Assembly (NCBI GenBank): GCA_964016885.1
Contig: OZ024759.1
Location: 3,534,001-3,598,000, forward strand
Source: Eledone cirrhosa
Lineage: Eukaryota
Length of the DNA: 64,000 nt
Direction of reading: 5' to 3'
How positions within the stretch are numbered: position 1 is the first letter of the stretch; each line of letters opens with the position of its first letter. Both the position numbers and the translations under genes were made by a program. The notes beneath the pieces are model-generated. The model made no database searches. It saw only the letters and a list, made by a program, of their open reading frames with translations, and was not told where the DNA came from. Shown here in pieces: positions 12,947 through 25,240 of this stretch.

Positions 12947-13974
12947 AGTATGTATGTATGTATACATACATACATATATGTATACAGACGTATAGTAGTA
13001 TGTATATATATACATACATGCACACATATATATATGTACGTATCAGTTTACCAAACATTTATTATAATGCTCGGTTTGTTTGTTTGTAAACAAACAAACA
13101 GCCCGAATTACGCCGTACAGTGTTTAGGCAACCACGTCACCTTTTTGTTCAACACTGACACAGGAATGATGTACTAGTTTCAAGCTTATTAGCTATCGTC
13201 AGCATTGTATACCTTCCTGCCAGATGGTTGAACGTCTGAAAGTATATACTTTCCTTATGCATATTAACGGCTGAGCAGCCTAATTTGCATATCGAGTGAG
13301 ATCAGTCGGCTGGGCACACCGAAAACGATAAATGGAATAGAATGAAACGAAATTTCATTTCTCACTCTTAGTAAGGCACTTACTTAAATGTATGTATACG
13401 TACATACATATATGTATACAGACGTACAGTAGTATGTATATATATATACATACATGCACACATATATATATGCACGTATCGGTTTACCGAACATTTATTA
13501 TAATGTTCGGTTTATTTGTTTGTAAACAAACAAACAGCCCGAATTACACCGTACAGTGTTTAGGCAACCACGTCACCTTCGTTTCATTCTATTCCATTTA
13601 TCGTTTTCGGTGTGCCCGGCCGACTGAACTCACTCAATATGCAAATTAGGCTGCTCAGCCATTAATATGCATAAGGAAAGTATATACTTTCAGATGTTCA
13701 ACCATCTAGCAGGAAGGTATACGGTGCTGACGATAGCTAATAAGCTTGAAATGAGTACATTGTTCCTGTGACAGTGTTGAACAAAAACGTGACGTGGTTG
13801 CCTAAACATTGTACGGCGTAATTCGGGCTGTTTACAAACAAACAAACCGGACATTATAATAAATGTTCAGTAAACCGATACGTGCATATATATATGTGTG
13901 CATGTATGTATATATATACATACTACTGTACGTCTGTATACATATATGTATGTACGTATACATACATACATACT

Positions 13975-13978
<4 letters not shown>
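12943..13978. repeat. Large foldback/palindromic element (~400-bp arms) inserted in (TA)n
   Basis: 12943-13352 is the reverse complement of 13580-13978. The spacer holds a second direct copy of the start of the arm (13390-13578). Confidence 0.88.
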
Positions 13979-14045
<67 letters not shown>

Positions 14046-14210
14046 GTATATACATATATATATATATACACACACACACACAATTATATAGAACAATAAA
14101 ACATGGCACTAGATGTTCAACCCAAGACCTTATGATTGAGAACAGCACACCTGTAACCTCTAAGCTATATATCTTCACACAGACTTTCTGATAAAGACAG
14201 AAGTACCCAC

Positions 14211-14348
14211 CTGACTGACAGTTGTCTCCCCTGAAACCAGCTGCACATCCAACACTAGAACACACCCCAGATTTAATGTTGCAATGATCGTTGTCAGCAC
14301 AGTAGCACAAATACTGACAGTTCAAGCCAAAATAACCCTTTTTACATT
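14211..14348 (-). CDS. EGF-repeat gene exon 10 of 10 in window (multiple EGF-like domain protein, MEGF10/Draper/SREC-type repeat)
   Basis: ttttcag|...|gtgggt, 138 bp, phase 1-1; ECKKGYFGLNCQYLCYCADNDHCNIKSGVCSSVGCAAGFRGDNCQS. Confidence 0.92.
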
Positions 14349-14474
14349 CTGAAAAAAAAAAAAAAAGAAAATAGAATTATATACACAACATATATATAAA
14401 ATTATACACAATAACACATATATACAATTATACACAGCTATAACATACATATACACAATTATACATAACTATAA

Positions 14475-14828
14475 TGCCAATGTGCGTGAATGACCAAGCA
14501 TAGACGAGTTGAGAAAGAAACTGGGTATAAGAGGGATAAGTTGTGGTGTGTAGGAGAGAAGGCTGAGCTGAGATGGTATGGACATGTGATGCGCATGGAG
14601 GATGACCGCTGGGTAAAGAAGTGCCAAGAAATCCCAGTAGAAGGAAGACGCAGTAGAGGTAGACCATGAAAAACATGGGCGGAGGTGGTGAGAGAAGACC
14701 TCAAATTGCTGAAACTCACGGAGGAGATGACAAGGGACCGTGACGAATGAAGAGATGCCATGCTTAATAAGACCTGTCCCACCCTTGCAAGCAGGGAAAA
14801 GCGGACGTAAAATGATGATGATGATGAT
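14475..14828 (+). mobile_element. RTE LINE 3' fragment
   Basis: Decayed RWYGHVMRMEDD..GRRSRGRP coding remnant plus the GGACGTAAAATGATGATG tail. Confidence 0.75.
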
Positions 14829-15306
14829 AATAATAAAATTATTGTGTACAGTGCTCAGGTGCACTACAACTCATCAATGGTGAATGTATAGTACATTAGT
14901 GAACAGACAGTGAACAGTGTATGAGTCATGAGATACACACAGACACATGCATGCGTGTGTATGGAGGGGGAATATCAGGTGTAGTGTTGGCGCAAAAAAA
15001 AAATAAAAGGAAATGCTTACAGCACCTAGGTTTCTCAAGTGGTTTCCCATCTAAGTACTAACTAGGCTCGAGTCAAGATATATGTGTGTGTGTGTATGTA
15101 TGTATGGAGGGGGAATATCAGGTGCAGGGTTGGCGAATTTCAGGCAACATGGAGGTTTTAAAGGATGCAGTGTCCCGGCAGCTAACAACTGATGCAGGTA
15201 GTTTGTTCCATGCTTCAGTGAATTTCAGGAAGCATGGAGGTTTTAAAGGATGCAGTGTCCTGGCAGCACACAACTGATGCGGGTAGTTTGTTCCATACTT
15301 CAGCAA
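14829..15306 (-). mobile_element. CR1-like LINE 3' end fragments (rearranged, interrupted by the 5S fragment)
   Basis: EAWNKLPASVVSCRDTASFKTSMLPEIRQ remnant, with the same 3' UTR as 21210-21480 and 34645-34830. Confidence 0.7.
15012..15071 (-). pseudogene. 5S rRNA 3'-half pseudogene fragment
   Basis: The minus strand reads GCCTAGTTAGTACTTAGATGGGAAACCACTTGAGAAACCTAGGTGCTGTAAGCATTT followed by a T-run. This matches the metazoan 5S box C/3' end (GGTTAGTACTTGGATGGGAGACCGCCTGGGAATACCGGGTGCTGTAGGC). Confidence 0.85.
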
Positions 15307-15697
15307 ATTTTTATATATATTGATTGACCAACAGTTAAAAAATATAAATATAAATATAGTTTCTCAGAGTTTTTTCATCACATATCTGTGACATCATCAG
15401 TGATATTTCTATGCTTGTCATATTCCTGTGATGTTTTCTTATTCTATTTTATTTATTTGCAGTAGTTCCAACGTAAAAGACTTTCATAATAGTTGATCAC
15501 TATAAATAACAGTTAGGAAAACCAGATAAAGTACATGTGGAGATAGAAAGAAGTAGACGGAGGGTCCTGTAAGGAACAGGTGCAAGTTTGCTTCCTTGCA
15601 AATACTTCTGTCTACATCTACCTTTCTCCTGAGATACTTTACTACCCACATTAACCTGTCACCTGTGGTCCATTACTGTCTACCAGGAATAATAATT

Positions 15698-15870
15698 GTT
15701 TCTACTTTAGGCACAAGGTCAGAAATTATCCAAGTGTATTACTGGTACTTTATTTTATCGACCCCGTAAGGATGAAAGGCAAAGTTAACTTCGGTGGGAT
15801 TTGAACTCAGATTGTAAAGGGACATAACTATGCTGGAAAGCACGGCATCCGACTCTCTACCGATACTGCC
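15698..15870 (-). mobile_element. tRNA-derived SINE, family 1
   Basis: Homologous to 315-495. Confidence 0.8.
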
Positions 15871-15871
15871 A

Positions 15872-16710
15872 TAATACAGTTATACTAGTTAGAAGTAGAA
15901 ATAAAAGACTATTAAACATATGTAGTCATTAATAATATAGTTATACTAGTTAGTAGTAAAAGTAAAAGAGTAATACACCTATGTAGCCATTAATAATATA
16001 GTTATACTAGTTAGTAGTAAAAGTAAAAGAGTAATAAACCTATGTAGTCATTAATAATATAGTTATACTAGTTAGTAGTAAAAGTAAAAGAGTAATAAAC
16101 CTATGTAGTCATTAATAATATAGTTATACTAGTTAGTAGTAAAAGTAAAAGAGTATTAAACATATGTAGTCATTAATAATATAGTTATACTAGTTAGTAG
16201 TAAAAGTGAAAGAGTAATACACCTATGTAGTCATTAATAATATAGTTATACTAGTTAGTAGTAAAAGTAATAGAGTAATAAACCTATGTAGTCATTAATA
16301 ATATAGTTATACTAGTTAGTAGTAAAAGTAAAAGAGTATTAAACATATGTAGTCATTAATAATATAGTTATACTAGTTAGTAGTAAAAGTGAAAGAGTAA
16401 TACACCTATGTAGTCATTAATAATTTAGTTATACTAGTTAGTAGTAAAAGTGAAAGAGTAATACACCTATGTAGCCATTAATAATATAGTTATACTAGTT
16501 AGTAGTAAAAGTAAAAGAGTAATAAACCTATGTAGACATTAATAATATAGTTATACTAGTTAGTAGTAAACGTAAAAGAGTAATAAACATATGTAGACAT
16601 TAATAATATAGTTATACTAGTTAGTAGTAAAAATAAAAGAGTAATAAACATATGTAGACATTAATAATATAGTTATACTAGTTAGTAGTAAACGTAAAAG
16701 AGTATTAAAC
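15872..16710. repeat. 61-bp AT-rich minisatellite, ~14 copies
   Basis: Unit TAATAATATAGTTATACTAGTTAGTAGTAAAAGTAAAAGAGTAATAAACCTATGTAGTCAT; ends a few bases from the donor of the exon at 16715. Confidence 0.95.
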
Positions 16711-16714
16711 CAAC

Positions 16715-16852
16715 CAGTTTGACAATCAGTTCCTATATAGCCTGGTTCACAGTTGCCCTCTTCACAAACACCATTGGTTCTGTTGCAGTATTTACTTTCT
16801 TCACAATGACAAACCTTTTGACAGTTAGACCCAAAAGTATTGCTTGGACAGA
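16715..16852 (-). CDS. EGF-repeat gene exon 9
   Basis: catccag|...|gttggt, 138 bp, phase 1-1; CPSNTFGSNCQKVCHCEESKYCNRTNGVCEEGNCEPGYIGTDCQT. Confidence 0.9.
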
Positions 16853-16890
16853 CTGGATGAAATAAAGGATCAAACAGAAATTTAGTAAAT

Positions 16891-17086
16891 TTAACCCTTT
16901 AGCATTTACATTACTTTATATATATATACTATTGTATTTTTACAGTAAACACTTTATCACATATTATGGAGTCTAGGAGATTTTGATGATGATATTATTT
17001 ATTTTGAGAAGAATACCTTAATGTCAGTATTGGTGACCGGTTATTGAAAGAAGTCAATATATAACCCTTTAGCATTTACATTACTC
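16891..17086. mobile_element. TTAA-flanked MITE (piggyBac-like ends): one truncated copy plus the left end of a copy split by the LINE
   Basis: TTAACCCTTTTAGCATTTACATTACT ends. The split copy resumes at 19603-19807 and ends AATGCTAAAGGGTTAA. Confidence 0.75.
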
Positions 17087-19602
17087 ATAGACATTCAATG
17101 TAGAAGAGAACTGGGAGTTCCTAAAAAATAACTTACTAGAGGCGACGGATGAGGTCTGTGGCTGGAGTAAGACCTCAAGCAGGAGGAGAGTGACTTGGTG
17201 GTGGAACAATAAGGTATATGAGGCAGTTAAGGCCAAGAGACAGGCATGGAAAGAATGGAAGAACGGGGGGAGCAGGGTAAATTACATAGAGAACAAGAGG
17301 GAAGCTAGGCGACAAGTATACTTAGCTAGGAGGGAAGCTAGGCGACAAGTATACTTAGCTAGGAGGGAAGCAGAGGATAGAAAATTCAAGCATGTTTTGC
17401 AATGTAAGGACCAGAAACAGGAGGTGTTCAAGATTGCGAGGCAGTGTGTCAGAGAGAATTGTGATGTCATTGGAGAGAAGTGTATCCGGAATGATAAAGG
17501 TGAGCTTGCCCTCACAAGTGCTGAGAAGAAAGATGCATGGAAGAGTCATTATGATAGATTACTAAATGAGGAGAATGCATGAGAAGAAGAGACCCTACCC
17601 CAAGTAGACCCTATAGAGGGGCCAGCAGTACAAGTCAGCAGCAGCGTAGTAAGTAAGGCAATCAAAGATATGAAGATGGGGAAGGCAACCGGTCCATCGG
17701 GTATAGCTGCTGAGATGCTGAAGGCATCTGGGTCTGTAGGTCACACTATAACCACACGTATTGTTAACCAGGTAATACTAGAAGGTGTCATACCAAAAGA
17801 TTGGTGCAGTAGCATTATTGTCAACTGCTACAAAGGTAAAGGTGATGCACTAGATAGAGGAAACTATAGAGGTATAAAGCTGATGGACCAGGTCATGAAA
17901 GTAACAGAAAGAGTTATAGCACAGTTGATTAGGGACCGGGTGAAACTAGATGAGATGCAATTTGGGTTTGTACCAGGAAGAGGCACCACTGATGCCCTCT
18001 TCCTTGTGAGGCAGTACAGGAAAAGTACCTAGCTAAAAGCAAGCCACTCTACCTGCCATTTGTCGATCTCGAGAAAGCCTTTGACAGAGTTCCACGTGCT
18101 GTAATCTGATGGGCTCTTAGAAAACTAGGAGTAGATGAATGGCTTGTGAAAGCGGTACAAGCCATGTATAGGGGAGCAGTCAGCAAAGTTAGGATTAGCA
18201 ATGAGTATAGCGAGGAATTTAGCGTACAGGTTGGGGTCCACCAGGGCTCTGTTCTTAGCCCCCTCCTGTTCATCATAGTCATGCAGGCAATAACGGAGGA
18301 GTTTAAGACCGGATGCCCATGGGAACTCCTGTATGCTGATGACCTCGCACTTATAGCTGAATCTATGGTAGAGCTAGAGAAGAAATTCCAAACTTGGAAG
18401 CAGGGACTAGAAAGAAAGGGTCTCAAAGTCAACATGATAAAGACTCAGGTCCTTGTAAGTAGACGAGAAAACAGAACCCAGATCCCCTCAGGGAAATGGC
18501 CTTGCTCAGTATGTAGGAAAGGTGTAGGTAGGAACTCCATTCCCTGCCCCAAATGCAAACAATGGGTACACAAGAGATGTAGCGGGATCTCAGGAAGCTT
18601 AATTAAGAATGTAGGCTTCACATGCAGCAGCTGTGCTGGGACAGCACGCAGCAAAAAGCCACAGGAAACAAGTACCACCAATCTCTCGGAGGGCTCTGTA
18701 GAAAGAGTAGACCGCTTCTGCTACCTAGGTGATCGAATTAGCAGCGGAGGTGGGTGTTCAGAAAGTACAATAACTAGGGTAAGAACGGGATGGAAGAAGC
18801 TTAGGGAACTACTACCACTGCTAGCTGCAAAAGGCTTTTCCCTCAAAATGAAAGGCAGACTGTATGATGCGTGTATCCGAACAGCAATGTTGCATGGTAG
18901 TGAGACCTGGGCGCTGAAGGTGGAAGACTTATGTAGATTAGAGAGAAACGAAGCCTGCATGCTCCGATGGATGTGTAACAGTAATATACGCGAACGACAA
19001 AGCATAAATGAATTGAGAGAGAGACTGAGCATAAGAGGAATCAAATGCTGTGTGCAGGAGAGGCAGTTGCGTTGGTATGGACATGTGATGCGTATGAAGG
19101 ATGACAGCTGCATAAAAAGGTGCAGAGCACTAGAAGTCGATGGAAACCGCGGAGTGGGGAGACCCAAGATGACCTGGGATGAGGTGATAAAAACCGACCT
19201 TACCCAATTCCACCTCTCAAAGGCGAAAACACATGACCGTGACCTCTGGCGTCTCGCAGAAATACAGAGTACCCGACCTCCCATGGGTACAAGCTGATGC
19301 ATATAGACAATAAGCCCCCACACCCCCCACTTCAAGGTGGTCGTGGAGGTGCCACGGCAAAAAGCACCCAGCCCACACTGTAAAGTGGACGTGTAGGCAA
19401 CACGAAAAAGCACCCAGTACTCACTGTAAATGAGGTTGGTGTTAGGAAGGGCATCCAGCTGTAGAAATCAAGCCAAATCAGTTCCTGTATGAGCAAAGCA
19501 TAGTCAGCCGACCAGACACTGCCCACAACAGGACAACCCGTCTAACCCATGCTAGCGTGGAAGAACGGACGTAAAACGGTGATGATGATGATGATGATGA
19601 TG
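17087..19602 (+). mobile_element. 5'-truncated RTE-clade LINE with Cys-rich (PHD-like) insertion in the RT region
   Basis: KATGPSG, KGKGDALDRGNYRGIKL, QFGFVPGRGTTDA, VGVHQGSVLSP, LLYADDLAL, WPCSVCRKGVGRNSIPCPKCKQWVHKRC, FCYLG and RWYGHVMR. Stop at 17580, frameshift ~18020-18050, (GAT)n tail. Confidence 0.92.
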
Positions 19603-20059
19603 ACTCTATATATACTATTGTATTTTCATGGTAAAGGCTTTACCTCACATAAGTATCTCATAATGTCGAATCTATGAGATTTTGATTTTATCTATTTTGA
19701 GAAGAATACCTTAATGTCAGTATGAGTGGCCAGTTATGGCCGGTTTCAACAGAAAGAGGTGAGAGGATTCTGGTCAGATATGGCCGGTTTAAATGCTAAA
19801 GGGTTAAACACCCCAGTGTTGAAATGTGGTAGTGCTGGTGCCATGATAAAGTGCACCAAGCCTACACTGGAAAATGGAAGTGTTTGATGCTGTGATAAAA
19901 TGCATCCAGCCCATACTGTAAAGTGTTAGTGTGGTACCATGATAAAAGTAGCAAGACCACCCTGGCATGTGGTAAAGGTGGTGCCATGAGGAAATGCACC
20001 CAGTACATGCTGTGAGGTAGTGTTAGGAAGGGCATCCAACAATAGAAACTATGCTAGAG

Positions 20060-20650
20060 AAACACTGGCACACTTGGAAAATTAGAAGCACACAGGTACA
20101 GTGGGAACATCAGAGACACAGTGGGTACTCAAGAGGCACAATGGCTCACTGTGAACATCCAGAAGCACACTGGGATATTAGAGGCATACTGGCATACTGG
20201 GAACATTGGAGCACAGTGGGAACATCAGAGGCACACTGGAATATCAGTGGACACTAGGTACATAGGAGGCATACTGAGAACATCAGAGGCTCACTGGGCA
20301 CATCAGAGACACACTGGGAATACAAGAGGCACACTGGGAACATCAGAAGCACAGTAGGCACATCCGAGGCACACTAGGTATATCAGAGACACACTGGGAA
20401 CACAAGAGGCAGACTGGGAGCATCAGAGGCACAGTTGGCACATCAGAGGCACACTAGGTATATCAGAGACACACTGGGAACACAAGAGGCAGACTGGGAG
20501 CATCAGAGGCACAGTTGGCACATCAGAGGCACACTGAGCACATCAGAGACACACTGGGAATACAAGAGGCATACTGGGAACATCAGAAGCAGAGTAGGTA
20601 CACAAGAGGCAGACTGGGAACATCAGAGGCACACAGGGCACATCAGGAGG
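20060..20650. repeat. Degenerate 20-bp minisatellite
   Basis: Unit ~GAGGCACACTGGGAACATCA. Confidence 0.9.
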
Positions 20651-20698
20651 CACGCTGTTAATAAATGAACATTTACAGTTTAAAATAAGCATACTAAC

Positions 20699-20836
20699 AA
20701 GCTTGGCAGTCATGACCAGTAAAACCAGGTAGACACTTGTTGTTTGGACAGTGTCCAGTTTTAGGGTTACAGTTTGCACTGTCCTTGCATTTACAGGGAT
20801 TTGAACAATGGACACCAAAATAACCAGCTTTACACA
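20699..20836 (-). CDS. EGF-repeat gene exon 8
   Basis: tttaacag|...|gttagt, 138 bp, phase 1-1; VCKAGYFGVHCSNPCKCKDSANCNPKTGHCPNNKCLPGFTGHDCQA. Confidence 0.9.
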
Positions 20837-20891
20837 CTGTTAAAATAAAACAAACAAGTAGAAATATCTAACATTACTTTACAAATATATA

Positions 20892-21949
20892 CAGGGTGCA
20901 GCATAAATACTGTTACAAAATATCAAATGAGTTTAAGTCATAATATTAATTACTTTATGCTTTGCAGCATAGAGTTACGGCCCTTTATGATCTGAGTTCA
21001 AATCCCGCCCAGATTAACTTTGCCTTTCATCCTTACTGGGTCGATAAAATAAAGTACCAGTCACACACAGGGAGCGCTTTAATAGACCCCCCCCCCCTGG
21101 CCTTATGCTTATATAAGAAACCAATAATAATTACTTTATTATTGATCTGATTGCTCAAATATTAACCTAATACTATATACTAACTGTTTTGGGGGTTATA
21201 TAAGGATTCATTGCACATTTTTTCATGTTCAGAGTTGCTGAAGCATGGAACAAATTACCTGCATCAGTTGTTAGCTACTGGGACACTACATCCTTTAAAA
21301 CCTCCATGCTTCCTGAAATTCGCCAACACTACACCTGATATCCCCCTTCCATACACACGCATGCATGTGTGTGTATTTCATGACTCATACACTGTTCACT
21401 TTCCTGACCTTTATACATTATTCTATGTACTATATATGCACCTGAGCAGTGTACACAATAATTTCATTATTATTATTATTTAAATGTCCTTAGAATTGAA
21501 AGGAAAATTCATAATTGGACAGCATGAAAAAAAGTAGACTCCACCTCAGATTTTTATAACTGGAAAACAGCTTGAAATTAACAGAATGCTCATAAAAAGG
21601 ACCATTGATCACTTCAAAGAAACTTCCTCAACAAAAGCCAAGATCAGGACGTCCTAGCACCTTCTGAACACTAAAACTAATCAAATACATGCATGAGAAA
21701 ATCAGATGTAAGCCAAAAAGATTCATGAGAAAAATGGTGAAAGAGGCCGAAATTTCAGAGAGATCCATGAGGAGGCTATGTAAAGATGATCTCGAGATGT
21801 GAGAACAAAAGGAAAGCATATCAAATAAGATTTCATGGTGTTAATAAACATTTTATTAATTACATTGTGCCACAATTGTAGCTAGGTACAATAAATATTG
21901 AAGGAGTTATAAGCATTTTATTTTGTAACAGTATTTATGCCGTACTATG
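20892..21949 (+). mobile_element. Internally deleted Tc1/mariner-superfamily transposon with nested SINE (~20965-21135) and CR1 3' fragment (~21210-21480)
   Basis: TA-flanked TIRs CAGGGTGCAGCATAAATACTGTTACAAAATA / TATTTTGTAACAGTATTTATGCCGTACTATG. Transposase DNA-binding remnant KPRSGRP..EKIRCKPKRFMRKM..EISERSMRRLCKDDL at ~21635-21795. Confidence 0.8.
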
Positions 21950-22049
21950 TAGTATTATGTGGTCAGAAACTCTCAAGAAAGTTGGACAGGAGAAGGTCAC
22001 CAGAGAAGAACCACCCTCTCACCTCATGCAAGGGTTTCAGCCATTAACC

Positions 22050-22342
22050 CAGGCATGGGCAACCTTTTTCGAGAAGCGGGCTGCATGAGATATGGCTCAT
22101 CATCAGGGAGGCCGCAAGCGCTAATTTACATTTGTGCCCACATTAAAAAAAAAGGGTGATAACTCAGGTTGTTTTGATTTGTTTCTTCAGAATTCGTACA
22201 CGTTGTTTTCCTCAATCGTTAAAAATTATAGAAAGATAAATTACGACTGAAAAGTTGGGGTAAAAAAATCAGAAAGATTTCACTTAGGTGATTTAGGTGA
22301 GTCATTTAGAAAGCTTCGTGGGCCGCACGTTACCCATGACTG
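22050..22342. mobile_element. hAT-type MITE
   Basis: TIRs CAGGCATGGGCAAC / GTTACCCATGACTG, subterminal GGCCGCA motifs, and an imperfect 8-bp TSD CATTAACC / CCTTAATC. Confidence 0.75.
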
Positions 22343-23814
22343 CCTTAATCTATTTAACATTTACATTACTGTGTTTAAGTGTGTGTGAGTGAGTGCATTT
22401 GTGTGTTTTAATGTGAGTGTGTTTGTGTGTTTTAGTGTGTGAGTACATTTGAGCATTTAAGAGTGTGAAAGAGTATGTGTGTGAGTGTGTTTGTGTGTTT
22501 TAGAGTGTGAGTGCATGTGTGTGTTTATGTGTATGTGTGTGTGAACTCTTTTATTCACCTCTTACAATAGGAAAGGACACTGTGCCAGTTATTTTGTGTC
22601 TCAACTAATTGCAACAAAGCTAATAAACTTTCATGCTCTATTTAACACTAACACAAGTGTAAATGGTGTTAAACTTACAATCATGTTCTGGGTTTCATTC
22701 TTGGACTGGGTTGTGTGTTATGTTCTTGAGCAAAACATTATACTCAGTATGTATGTATGGTCCTGTAACTCCTGACAGAGTCGTAGAGGTGCCGTATTAA
22801 CAGACATCATTTCTTGGATATTTTAAGCCAGGCGGAGCCCATCCCTGTCCAGGCCTGAATACAGCAGATTTCTTCCAGAGAAAGATAGAAAGTGAGAGAG
22901 AGGAAATGAGAAAGAGATATAGAAGAAGAATCGACCCCAGTACTAGACTGGTACTTTTTTATTGACATCAAAAGGATGAAAGGCAAAGTTGACCTCAGCG
23001 GGATTTGAACTCAGAGAGCAGAGAGTCGGAACGAATACCACAAAGCATTCTATCTGATGTTCTAACGACTCTGCCAATTCACTGCCTATATACTCAGTAT
23101 ACTCAGTTGGAAATGAGTATCAACAATTGCTGGGGGGTTTTCTCTGCAATGGACTGGTGTCCTGTCCAGGTTGGAATTGTTTACTGTCAGTCACTTAACA
23201 CCATGGAAACCAAGGTAAACCCTGGCCTGATTAGCATCCAGGCTTGAGACAGACTTTAGACTCAGAACAAGTAACAGCCAAATTATAGATTAGTATGATG
23301 AAAAGGAAAGGACACATTAAATAGTGTAGTCCTAGTTATGCAATGCCTGAGAGAAGGGTGGAATGTGCTTATCTCGGTTTCCATGGTGTGAAGCAACTGA
23401 GAGTACAGAATTCCATCCTGCACAGGACACCTGTCCTGTGCAGGATGGAATTTAAAATCCCCCAGCAATTGCTGGTACTCATTTTCAACTGAGTATACTA
23501 CGCAAGAATGTTTTGCTTAAGAACGCAATGCACAGCCAAGTCCAGGAATCAAACCCACAACATTATGATTGTAAATCCAACAGCTTTACCACTTGTGTTA
23601 GTGTTAGATAGAGATGACAGTTCATTGATCTCATAACTAGTTTAAACTGTAAACAACTGACACAGTGTCCTTACATATTATAAAGAGGTGAATAAAAGAT
23701 ATTGAAAAAGATACTGTCAATTCACCAGCTTTTATTTTAATTTACAAATCTGCCCCCCCCCCCCCCCCCATAAAAAAAAGACACAATGGAAATTCGATAT
23801 TTAGTTTTACTCAC

Positions 23815-23952
23815 CATTTTGGCAGTTTCTTCCTTCAAAACCAGCAACACATCTTCCGTCAGAACATATTCCTGTCACTGAGTCACATTTGTTGCTGCCT
23901 ACACAGTGACATATACCTTCACAGTTGCTGCCAAATCTACCATTCTGGCAGA
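23815..23952 (-). CDS. EGF-repeat gene exon 7
   Basis: ttgaaag|...|gtgagt, 138 bp, phase 1-1; VCQNGRFGSNCEGICHCVGSNKCDSVTGICSDGRCVAGFEGRNCQN. Confidence 0.92.
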
Positions 23953-24239
23953 CTTTCAAAGAAACAAAAACATTGTTTGTTAATAAAAAAAAAAGCAAAC
24001 CCTTTTTGGTTCAGAAACTTCTGGCGGAATCCCAAAGTCTCATATTTTTATATGGTTTGAATATAAATATACTTCTCTACCTTTTTTTCATGGAACCCCA
24101 GACATTCCTTTGCAGAACCCTTGGGTTCCATGGATCCCACTTTGGGAATGACTAATAAAGAACAACCTAAAGTTTTGAGAGATAAAACAAGAATTCATAT
24201 ATGTTGCACAGAGTAATTAGCTTCTTTCATTTCACTCAC

Positions 24240-24377
24240 CTGTTTGACAGTTGTTACCTTTATAGCCAGGTGTACACCCACCACTCGAACAGGTGCCAGA
24301 TTTAGGGTTACACGTGCTATTGTCATAGCAGTGACAGCTATAGCTACAATCTTTACCAAACTTGCCACTGGAGCACT
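24240..24377 (-). CDS. EGF-repeat gene exon 6
   Basis: atttcag|...|gtgagt, 138 bp, phase 1-1; ECSSGKFGKDCSYSCHCYDNSTCNPKSGTCSSGGCTPGYKGNNCQT (not in the ORF track). Confidence 0.92.
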
Positions 24378-24427
24378 CTGAAATATAGAGCTATTATTTA
24401 TTATTTATTCATGAGTGAATAAGAATT

Positions 24428-24615
24428 GTTTCGACTTTTGACACAAGGCCAGCAATTACCCCAGTGCATTACTGGTACTTTATTTTATCGACCCCGTAAG
24501 GACGAAAGGCAAAGTTAACCTTGGCGGGATTTGAACTCAGACCGTAAAGAACCGTAACTCTATGCTGCAAAGCATGGCATCCGACGCTCTACCGATACTG
24601 CCAATCCACCACCCT
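24428..24615 (-). mobile_element. tRNA-derived SINE, family 1
   Basis: Homologous to 315-495. Confidence 0.8.
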
Positions 24616-25022
24616 CGCGATTCAATAATAATTATTTCTACTTTTTGCACAAGGCTAGCAATTATCCCAGTGTATTACTGGTACTTTATTAGTAATACAC
24701 TGGATAACAATAATGTTATAATAGTATTATAATATCATTAATATTCAGTTTGTTTGCCAGCAAACAGCCTCATAAACACCACGTGTGTTTTCTAGATGAA
24801 CAATGTCATCCTTTTGTTGTAAAGGGGAAAGAAATGGGCAGAACTGTTGGAGTGTTTGTTGGATGAAATGCTTTGCAGAACTTCTGAGTTCTGAGTTCAA
24901 ATCTTGCTCAGGTCAAACTTGAATGTCATTTTTACAAGCTTGATAAAATAATGTACCAGTTAAATACTGGGGTAGATATAATCAACTGACTTTCTCTTTA
25001 CTCCAAAATTAAGAAATCATTA

Positions 25023-25240
25023 TTAACCCTTTACCATTCACATTACTCTATATATAATATTGTATTTTCATGGTAAAGGCTTTATCTCACATAATTATCT
25101 CACATAATATCGAATCTATGAGATTTTGAAAGTATTTATTTTGAGAACAATACCTTCACATCAGTTTGAGCGACCAGTTACAGCCAATATCAACAGAAAG
25201 AGGTAGAGAATTCTGGCCGGTTTGAACACGAAAGGGTTAA
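25023..25240. mobile_element. TTAA-flanked MITE (intact copy)
   Basis: TTAACCCTTT...AAAGGGTTAA ends; colinear with 17062-17086 + 19603-19807. Confidence 0.8.

Noticed and set aside
15012-15071. Functional 5S rRNA gene
   Set aside because: Only the 3' half is present and it carries several substitutions; recorded as a pseudogene.
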